Positions 53,008 to 60,610 of a stretch of DNA of 64,000 nucleotides are shown here, in pieces; position 1 is the stretch's first letter; each line of letters opens with the position of its first letter. Origin of the DNA: Cyanophyceae cyanobacterium (GTDB taxonomy: Bacteria; Cyanobacteriota; Cyanobacteriia; Cyanobacteriales; Laspinemataceae); NCBI GenBank assembly GCA_038321985.1, contig JBBQFN010000025.1, positions 1 through 64,000 of the forward strand. The letters are read 5' to 3'. The translations under genes and the position numbers were made by a program. The notes under the pieces are model-generated. The model made no database searches, was not told the DNA's origin, and was given only the letters and a program-made list of their open reading frames with translations.

Positions 53008-55239
53008 TTAGATGACGCTGATGGTATGCCCCGATCGCAGGGTATCATTGCGCCAGGAACAGACTAAACCCAAGGGACCGGGGTTGATTACCGGGTCTCG
53101 GGGGAGACTTCGCACCCACACCCCATTGCGGCGGCGCAGTTCAAAGAGTTGGACGGAACCTAGATAGAGAACGCCGGGAATGTTTTGCAAGATAGTCACA
53201 ATATCTGAGGGATAGACAGGCCGTCCAAAGGGCCATCCTGTCCTCTCGGGTCCCCCAGTCAGGGGATTCAGGAAGCGATAGAGGGCGACTTGCATAGAAA
53301 AGATGATTTGCTGTTGGGCGCTAGGGTTTTTATATTCCGGTTTGAGGGCAACTTCTGTCTGCACGGATACTCCCATATAGTCGGGTTGGTTGCATTGGAC
53401 CTGAACCCCCAGCAAGCGGCGATCGTCCAGATAGGTCAAGACGCGATTGACGAGGACTGGGGAAATATTAAACAAGTCTGGCTCAATGCCTTCCCCACGT
53501 TCAATGCTCAGGGTGTCCGGGTTGGGAACTAAGAGCATCCGCACGATGCCCGCTTCGGATTTGTGGGTGGGGGGTAAGCAGAGGGTCCGGGCAACTGCGC
53601 CTTGTCCCGCTTCCAGAGTGAGGGTTTCAAAGTCTTCGACCGTCACCGCGCGATCGCGGGTGCGGAGCATTCGCGGGGCGCGGATCACCGCTTCATCCAG
53701 GGATTCACTATCGGCCCCCCCTCGTCCCGGCAGATGGTTAATTACTGCGGCAACGTAAGGTACGGCTGATTTGACAATTTGAATGGTTCCAGCTTGAACG
53801 TTGCCTCGCAGTCCGCCTCCGGTCCGGTAGCTGACCATCTGAAGATTCGCCCCTCGGGGGGGAACTGCTCCATATTGTCGTTCCATTGACTCAATTCCAG
53901 AGGCGGTCATGGGTTCAAAGGCATTGCGATCGCCCGGGCGGCCATTGGCTAAGGTCAAGGAACTCGGACGCGCCCCCTGTTCCGACGCCCGCCAAGCCAT
54001 TTTTTCCCGCAGTTGAGTCGGTTCGCGGATCAGGGGTCCGAATTGGACTTTTCCGGTGAGGGAATCCAGAGTGTAATGCAGGTCTTCCGGCCCCGAGGTA
54101 GAAAAATCATTGACTTCTTGCCAAATTTGGGGTAGCGCTCCGATGGGAGTGACCAGGATATATTCCTCTTCTCTTCGGGGCAGTACCGGCACCCCCTGGA
54201 TCTGAAAGGTTTGTCCAGGATTGCCATCGCTTTCGCCCAGGATTTCATTGCGAATCAGGGTACTTTGAGAAGCGGTGACACTAGCGCCAATAGACCGAAC
54301 ACTTAACCCGACGATTCGGGGCGATCGCGTATATCCCGCTTGATAGGTTCCCGGTTGGGTATAAATGCAGCGGATCCATCGACCTTGATAGGTAAAAAAG
54401 TGCGTCACCGGCCAAGTTTTGGGCGTATGCAGCACCACATCAGCCCCCGAAAGGGGGTCGCCCCCTTGGCGGACGATTTCGCTAAAACTGAATCCTTGGG
54501 TTTGATCGTCTGATTCACGCAGGAGAATGGGTTGCCACTTTTCCCCATTCCACCCTTCCCACCGTCGGGGAGCCATATCAGGGTTAATGCCGGTGGAGGT
54601 AGCGGCTTCCCCTTTCAAGGTAAGGGCGATAACATTTCCTTCGATGAGCGCTTCGGAATCGAAGACGAGGTAAAAGCAATTCCCCGGTTCTGGGGTATCG
54701 TCAAAAAATGGCAACTCTAACCCTTGCCACTCCCCGGTACGTTCCATCCGCCAAGACCCCACGAAGCGATCGCGCAAAATCTGCGGTTCCTGTTCCGCAG
54801 AAGGGGCCGTGAGCAAATGCCGGATTCGAGGTTTACCCACTGCTACCGGCGCATCGGTACTAAATACGATCGCCTCTTCCTCTTCCGTCCGCACCGTCGC
54901 TACCTCCGTCCCTGCCGGAATCGTATAATTTTCCGGTAAGGAGGCACTCATATAAAACGTGACCTCAGTTTTAGCCGGAGTCGGTGGACGTAAGCGCACC
55001 CCCAATAACTCCAAAAACGTCACATAATTGCGACGCGGTACCTGATTAAACCGGACCAACATTTGGTCCGTCATCCAGGCAAAAAGTTCCACCAGGGTTA
55101 CCCCAGGGTCACTGGGATTATAATTTGTCCATTCCGGACAGTATCGGGGAATTCGTAATAGGCATTCATCCACCAAGTCCTGAAACTTGCGATCGTCTAA
55201 ATCTGATTTAGGTAAATTCGGTAAAAAATCAAAGTCCAT
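53008..55239 (-). CDS. CIS baseplate J-like protein (Afp11-like)
   Basis: LDDRKFQDLV, WTNYNPSDPGVTLVELFAW, YRTGGG.RGNV, GGADSES and RAVTVEDFE. Confidence 0.95.
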   Translation of the reverse strand: MDFDFLPNLPKSDLDDRKFQDLVDECLLRIPRYCPEWTNYNPSDPGVTLVELFAWMTDQMLVRFNQVPRRNYVTFLELLGVRLRPPTPAKTEVTFYMSASLPENYTIPAGTEVATVRTEEEEAIVFSTDAPVAVGKPRIRHLLTAPSAEQEPQILRDRFVGSWRMERTGEWQGLELPFFDDTPEPGNCFYLVFDSEALIEGNVIALTLKGEAATSTGINPDMAPRRWEGWNGEKWQPILLRESDDQTQGFSFSEIVRQGGDPLSGADVVLHTPKTWPVTHFFTYQGRWIRCIYTQPGTYQAGYTRSPRIVGLSVRSIGASVTASQSTLIRNEILGESDGNPGQTFQIQGVPVLPRREEEYILVTPIGALPQIWQEVNDFSTSGPEDLHYTLDSLTGKVQFGPLIREPTQLREKMAWRASEQGARPSSLTLANGRPGDRNAFEPMTASGIESMERQYGAVPPRGANLQMVSYRTGGGLRGNVQAGTIQIVKSAVPYVAAVINHLPGRGGADSESLDEAVIRAPRMLRTRDRAVTVEDFETLTLEAGQGAVARTLCLPPTHKSEAGIVRMLLVPNPDTLSIERGEGIEPDLFNISPVLVNRVLTYLDDRRLLGVQVQCNQPDYMGVSVQTEVALKPEYKNPSAQQQIIFSMQVALYRFLNPLTGGPERTGWPFGRPVYPSDIVTILQNIPGVLYLGSVQLFELRRRNGVWVRSLPRDPVINPGPLGLVCSWRNDTLRSGHTISVI

Positions 55240-55391
55240 AAGGGTTGTTTTTTATTTGTCATTTGTGGTTGGGGTTGGTCATTTATCATTTTCGGTTGGG
55301 GGTTTGTCATTTATCATTTGTGCTTTGCTGGTCCTGATTATTCAGAAATACAAATAACAAACAACCCATGAAAAATGACCCAATGACCCCT

Positions 55392-55808
55392 TTAAGATGA
55401 CGGCATTAAATAAAAGGGATAGACCAGGCTGCGAGACTCGTAACTGTCTGTGAGACGATATTCAATCCGCACTTCAACTCGACCTCGCACGGGATCCGGT
55501 TCCGTATAAATTCCCTCAATGATAATCCTCGGTTCCCACAATTCCAGAGCTTCCTCAATGTACACGCGGATGAGTAAGAGGGTTTGAGTATTCATCGGCG
55601 CAAATACCAACTCCGACAGCCGCGACCCAAAATTAGGGCGGTAAACGCGCTCTCCCAATTTGGTATTGAGGATAATCCGAATCGATTCCTCCACATTACG
55701 GACATCTGAACTCAGTTGCATTTTGCCCTGGACATTAATCCGTAACGGGAATGAGCATCCCGTACCGATGTAATCCCGAGGCTGTTGGGGGTTGTAATCG
55801 TTTGCCAT
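55392..55808 (-). CDS. gp25/GPW-family baseplate protein (Afp9-like)
   Basis: IGTGCSFP, SIRIIL.T.LGERVYRPNFGS, WEPRI and LVYPFY. Confidence 0.94.
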   Translation of the reverse strand: MANDYNPQQPRDYIGTGCSFPLRINVQGKMQLSSDVRNVEESIRIILNTKLGERVYRPNFGSRLSELVFAPMNTQTLLLIRVYIEEALELWEPRIIIEGIYTEPDPVRGRVEVRIEYRLTDSYESRSLVYPFYLMPSS

Positions 55809-55927
55809 GAAACAGTTAGCCCACAGACTTTAGTCGCTAGTTTACTAAAGGCTGCGGGCTTAGGAATATTCGCCAAAAGTCGAGTGTAGTGGACTTGGGA
55901 CAGAATTTCTGGGCGTTTTGGCCTTTT

Positions 55928-56227
55928 TTACGGAGGTCCAACTAACACCGTCACCCCGGTGGCAATGACAGGTAACGCCAAGGGAACTGGTACGGGTGCC
56001 GGGACGCTCATTCCTACAGCCATGGTCATCATATGCGCCACGGGACGCCCCATTGCCAACACCGTAACCGAAGCTGGCATTACCAAGGTCCCGACTGCCA
56101 TCGGTGCTCCGGCAACCGCATCCCCCATACAAGCAATGGGACGACCCATTACTAAAACCGTGGGTGCTCCTGGCCCTACAATGGGACTCCCACCGGCTAA
56201 ATCTCCTAATACTGCTACCGGAAACAT
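55928..56227 (-). CDS. PAAR-like spike tip protein (Afp10-like)
   Basis: Three PAAR-like units (PVAVLGD, GRPIACMGD, GRPVAHMMT) and terminal TVLVG; lies between VgrG and gp25. Confidence 0.8.
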   Translation of the reverse strand: MFPVAVLGDLAGGSPIVGPGAPTVLVMGRPIACMGDAVAGAPMAVGTLVMPASVTVLAMGRPVAHMMTMAVGMSVPAPVPVPLALPVIATGVTVLVGPP

Positions 56228-56324
56228 GATTTTCCTCTGATTATGGCCTGGATCATTGTAGTCCCCATTTTCAACTCCCTCACCAGCGACTGACTATTAG
56301 CCATAAGTCGCATTCTCCAGGGTC

Positions 56325-58484
56325 TCAACAATTGAGGCGAATCAGGGGTGCTAAAATCCCGGCAGTGGCACCGGCGGTCACTTGGAATGAGGCACCGGAG
56401 GTAATACTGGCTGAAGCCCCACTGGTCAAACTCACCGAACCGGCTGCGGTTCCACTTAAGGACCCACCAGCTTGCAAGCCCAAGGTACCCCCCGCTTGAG
56501 CCGTCAGAGAGGCCCCGGCTTTAATCCCGACTTGCAACGCCGACTGGACATTGACTTGAGTTGCGCCACTAATGTCAACTTTAAGTGGGGATTTAATCTC
56601 GATTCCGGTGGTTCCCACGACTTCCACTTTAGGGCTATTAATCTTAATCCCTGCATTGGATATTTCAATGCTACTTGGGCCAACTTTCAGCAAGATTTTA
56701 GTGGTGCCGGTAACTTGAATTTCCCCGGCATCGACTTTAAGGGTGCGGGTTTTTCCCGAGCTCCCCGTTTTCACGTTCATATCCCCGACGGAGGTCACAT
56801 CTATTTTTTTACTGCCCTTATCATCCATTAAGACGGTATGACCACCGGTGGTTTTGGTTTCTAGTTTTTTATTTTTATCATCTAACAAAAGATAATGAGA
56901 ACCGTTGGTTTTCATTTCTATCTTTTTATCTGTGTCATTCAGATGCAGTTTATGTTTATCTCCCTCAACGGTCTCGATATAAATCCCTTTTTTACTGCTG
57001 CCTTTATCTTCTTCAACAAATTGCAATTTATGCCCGAGACGAGTTTTAATGGTTCTTAAACGTACTTTCCCATTCGCCACGGATTCGGCCACTTTTTCCG
57101 GGGGTTTATCTTTGCCATTCCACAGGCCCCCGATGATATAAGGTCGATGAATATCTCCATGTTCAAAGGCAACCAGCACTTCATCATTAATTTCTGGTAA
57201 GCAGTCAAATCCGCGATCGGGTCCGCCCCCGATCGCCACCACCCGGGCCCAATTACTTTCATGTTCTTCCGTCAGGGTGGGAAATTTCACCCGCACTCGT
57301 GCTAGTCCGTCCGGGTCGTTATTATTAGATACCACTCCCACCATCATGGTTTGACCCGGTTCTAGGCGAGTTTCCGAGGCTACGGTGGTGGAAATATCAT
57401 CTGATCGCAATCCTCGGACACTAAATTCTGTGGTATAAATCCCATCTTGATATAGGTGTCGGGCTTCGGTAATATAGTATTTTCCGCTATATTTTCCCAT
57501 GTCGGCAAATTGGACCACTTTGCCGGTGCGAATGTCGGGATTCCCTTCGGCTACGGCATCGGCCTGTACAAATTCGCCGCCTAATTCATTGCACAAGGAC
57601 TGGGCGATCGTATCGGCTTCTTTATTACTAAAAACTGGCTTATCAACTACTATCATGGTGGCTTGAGAGGGTTGTCCACTAAAAGCAGAACTGGTCTTTT
57701 TACCCTCTTGATATTGGGTGCTCGTCAGCACAGTGGCAGAACTTGCTTTAGAAACAATGGCTTTTTTTTGTTTATAATCCCAGCCGCGCACCTCCACTGC
57801 ACTCACCTGTTCCGTACTGGACACGCGCACTTTAAAACTGTGGATATCCTGCAACCATTTCAACTCTAAAGTGCTGCCCGCTTTGGGTTTCCTAAAATTT
57901 AATTTTCCATCTTGAACGAACAGTTCAAATCCATTGCGGGTTGCTCGTTCCCGCAGAAATTCCATATTGGTTTGATTCTCTTGAAACACATAATCATGGG
58001 GAGAACCACTGGAATCAATTGTCCCACTGGAGATTCCCACTTCCCCAATGACTTTCTTGAGAATATCTGTATCGCTCATATTTTGAAAAGAGCGATTATA
58101 TCTCCCCCGATGCAGCCGATGTCCCACGTCATACCCTCGAATCAGCATGGTAGCTTCCGAGGTTTCGGTAAAGCTACATTCAATGGAGGTAATCTCGCCT
58201 TTAAACAGGCTGGCAGTGGTTTTTCCTTTGGAAAATTCCGGGGCTTCCGTGGTACTGGAACTAAACCCAATTTCGATGGGTTTACCAATAGTAAATAATT
58301 TTTCATGTCCCCAGGGGTCTCCGGTCCCTGGAAAGTAGTCATTGTTAATCATCAGGGTAAACATTCCCGGCTGATGGATGCTTTCTTCTACCGAAATTTC
58401 TATAATATCTGCCCTTAATTGTTCAGATGCTTCTGTTCCATCTATTTTTAAGGTGGGTTGAGCTAAGTAAGAGATTGCTGTCAT
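56325..58484 (-). CDS. VgrG-like spike protein (Afp8-like)
   Basis: gp27-like hub (LFKGEIT, RGYD..HRL.RG, Q.NQTN.EFL), OB fold (DPDGLARVRVKFP, WARV, LPEINDEVLVAFEHGD..RPYIIG.LWN) and a beta-helix tail. Confidence 0.95.
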   Translation of the reverse strand: MTAISYLAQPTLKIDGTEASEQLRADIIEISVEESIHQPGMFTLMINNDYFPGTGDPWGHEKLFTIGKPIEIGFSSSTTEAPEFSKGKTTASLFKGEITSIECSFTETSEATMLIRGYDVGHRLHRGRYNRSFQNMSDTDILKKVIGEVGISSGTIDSSGSPHDYVFQENQTNMEFLRERATRNGFELFVQDGKLNFRKPKAGSTLELKWLQDIHSFKVRVSSTEQVSAVEVRGWDYKQKKAIVSKASSATVLTSTQYQEGKKTSSAFSGQPSQATMIVVDKPVFSNKEADTIAQSLCNELGGEFVQADAVAEGNPDIRTGKVVQFADMGKYSGKYYITEARHLYQDGIYTTEFSVRGLRSDDISTTVASETRLEPGQTMMVGVVSNNNDPDGLARVRVKFPTLTEEHESNWARVVAIGGGPDRGFDCLPEINDEVLVAFEHGDIHRPYIIGGLWNGKDKPPEKVAESVANGKVRLRTIKTRLGHKLQFVEEDKGSSKKGIYIETVEGDKHKLHLNDTDKKIEMKTNGSHYLLLDDKNKKLETKTTGGHTVLMDDKGSKKIDVTSVGDMNVKTGSSGKTRTLKVDAGEIQVTGTTKILLKVGPSSIEISNAGIKINSPKVEVVGTTGIEIKSPLKVDISGATQVNVQSALQVGIKAGASLTAQAGGTLGLQAGGSLSGTAAGSVSLTSGASASITSGASFQVTAGATAGILAPLIRLNC

Positions 58485-58582
58485 GATTTTTAATGTTGAT
58501 TTGGTATAAATTTCTGATGATAATTAATCCAGGAAAAGCTCTTTTAGTTTCAGCCTTTCCCCATCTCCCCCTCTCCCGAATC

Positions 58583-59056
58583 CTACTTACCCGTCGCTTT
58601 ATCCACTTCAGTTAGGGTCAAATCCACTCGGGCTTGCACGGGGGTTCCATCGGCTAAAAAACGGGTTAATCTATAGCTGAGTCGGGTAACGAAACAGCGC
58701 ATATACTGCTGTTGTCCCCAGGCAAAAATATAGGTGGGAGGACGTTTTTTAGCGGCAGTTCCTTTGGTGGCAAAACTGACTGCTTGTTTGAGAAGATTGA
58801 TAGAGGGGAGAATACTGGTGCCGGTTTCGTAGGTATCAAAGATGATGTTACTAATGGTGAGGGTACAGGGTTCGGGATGGGCAAAGCTGACTTTGGATAA
58901 TCCGGAACTGGTGCGTGCTCCTCGACTGGGATTGATGCTAACGGATTGATCGAATACCAGTTCGGTGGGGTTGAACATGAATTCGATGGTATCGCTTTCT
59001 TGGGAAATTAGTTTCGCTTTTTCGAGTTTTCCGGATGCAATATTGTTACCAGGCAT
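58583..59056 (-). CDS. CIS tube-initiator protein (Afp7-like, no LysM)
   Basis: LEKAKL, FMFNPTEL, FDTYE, RPP...F.WG, F..DGTPVQA.V.LTL.E. Confidence 0.85.
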   Translation of the reverse strand: MPGNNIASGKLEKAKLISQESDTIEFMFNPTELVFDQSVSINPSRGARTSSGLSKVSFAHPEPCTLTISNIIFDTYETGTSILPSINLLKQAVSFATKGTAAKKRPPTYIFAWGQQQYMRCFVTRLSYRLTRFLADGTPVQARVDLTLTEVDKATGK

Positions 59057-59086
59057 GGCGGTTTTTCTTCATTATTAAGATTACAT

Positions 59087-59905
59087 TTACCAGGGCGATC
59101 GCCGCGAATAACGACCCCCATTCCGTTCGCGATCAATGATTAGGCGTTGTTTAATTAAATCGTAAACTTTTCGGGCTAAAATCTCTAGGTTTTCAGGTTC
59201 CGGTGTGGGTCCATATCCCGGGGCGGTGATGGTGACTTCTCGACTTCTGGGATCGGGATAGTCGGGGGGATTTTGAACAAGGATGGGGGACTGAGCTCGG
59301 TTGGGTTCTGGGGGGGTCTCTCGTTGTACTCCCCAGGGGGTTAACACAAATTCCCCGTCGGTATCAATTTGGGCGGTTTGGGTGAGTAAGTCTTCGAGAT
59401 TCGCCCAAGCGGTTGGCATGGACTCGGTTGTAGAAGCTATGCCCAGATCCACCGGAGGACTCACGAAGGGGGTTAATGCGGATAGTTCAGACAAATCTGC
59501 GGAAATCTGTTCTAGGGAGAGGGTGAGGGGGAGTTGAGGCGAGGGGTTTGAGGGCGGGGTATGTTGGGTTTGCCGATCGCCGATGGAATGCCACTGTCCC
59601 AGAGTTTGCCCTGATCCGGTAGCGATCGCAATTTCAGTCAGATCCAAAATCTCTGCTGGGGGTTTCTCCTGGGATTGCTCTAGTTCCCCTACAGGTTTTT
59701 CCCTACCGGATGCGATCGCCGGTTTGAACTCAAAACTTGTTAAAGATTCCCGAGCAATGGGGGTTAAAAGTTGAGATTCAAATGGTTTTTGTCCCAAGGG
59801 TTGATGGGGCAAAAAGGGTTTTTGAATTCCTAGGGGTTTAAACGAAGCAAGGCGACTGCGATCGCCCGGTTCTTCCCCATAATTCTCCACAGCTTCTACC
59901 ATCAT
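59087..59905 (-). CDS. CIS-cluster hypothetical protein, disordered with a C-terminal helix
   Basis: Low-complexity P/S/E-rich body ending in ENLEILARKVYDLIKQRLIIDRERNG; between tube and initiator genes. Confidence 0.7.
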   Translation of the reverse strand: MMVEAVENYGEEPGDRSRLASFKPLGIQKPFLPHQPLGQKPFESQLLTPIARESLTSFEFKPAIASGREKPVGELEQSQEKPPAEILDLTEIAIATGSGQTLGQWHSIGDRQTQHTPPSNPSPQLPLTLSLEQISADLSELSALTPFVSPPVDLGIASTTESMPTAWANLEDLLTQTAQIDTDGEFVLTPWGVQRETPPEPNRAQSPILVQNPPDYPDPRSREVTITAPGYGPTPEPENLEILARKVYDLIKQRLIIDRERNGGRYSRRSPW

Positions 59906-59912
59906 TTAACCC

Positions 59913-60479
59913 CTAAATAAAGAACCCACCCGCACCCCTGCCACTCTGGTGAATCTTGCCCCCGCCACCCAGAGCATTAGCACCGCTTCCGGAATTGCTC
60001 TTCACCTCAACATTTAACCCTTCATAGGCTAAAGATAACTCTTCAATCGCTACAGTAGCCGCATCTGCCCTTAATGCCGGTGCTCTCCAGGCAACGGGTA
60101 CCGCCCCCATTAAAGTCCAACACTGAATCGTTTCTCCCGCTGGGTTAAATAGTAAAATATTAATATTCCGACGTTGGGGACTACCGGTATTCTCCGGGCT
60201 GATTTTAGTCAGCATTCGGGATGCCCACCCCCAAAATGCCGTATCATTGGTTAGCCCTCGTTTAAGGGTGACTTCTGAAAATTGAGTATTTCCCAGGATG
60301 ATTCGCTGTTGATTGTTGACTCCCCCTTCAAAATAGGTGTCATAGTTAACCGTAACGCTCAACCCGGAACATTCGCTAAAACAAGCGGCGATCGAGTTGG
60401 TTTCCTGCATCTCCACATAAAAGCGATTGGCAGTAATATAATTAAGTCCGTGGGTTTCCGTCTGATTTTGTTTCGTCAT
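59913..60479 (-). CDS. T4 gp19-like tail tube protein (Afp5-like)
   Basis: RFYVE, FSECSGL, YFEGGVN, VTLKRG, W.L.GAVPVAW..P.L.A and AIEELSLAYEG. Confidence 0.93.
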   Translation of the reverse strand: MTKQNQTETHGLNYITANRFYVEMQETNSIAACFSECSGLSVTVNYDTYFEGGVNNQQRIILGNTQFSEVTLKRGLTNDTAFWGWASRMLTKISPENTGSPQRRNINILLFNPAGETIQCWTLMGAVPVAWRAPALRADAATVAIEELSLAYEGLNVEVKSNSGSGANALGGGGKIHQSGRGAGGFFI

Positions 60480-60610
60480 GAATTAACGACTCCCCTTTGA
60501 TTTTGTGACGCGCCCGAGGACCCAAAACTATAGCTCAGTTTAGGTTTGTTAGATGTTTGTGGATATTAGACAAAGGTCGAACTTCCCCTTTTTCCCTAGA
60601 CTGATTTAGA

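Noticed and set aside
55860..56240. Alternative ORFs 55860-56132 and 55959-56240
   Set aside because: They overlap the PAAR-like gene, which fits motif and synteny.
50307..60479. Prophage or type VI secretion system interpretation of the tail genes
   Set aside because: No capsid, portal, terminase, integrase or lysis genes and no TssJ/L/M, TssK or ClpV in view; gene set and order match Afp-type CIS, and host HIP1 sites are frequent.
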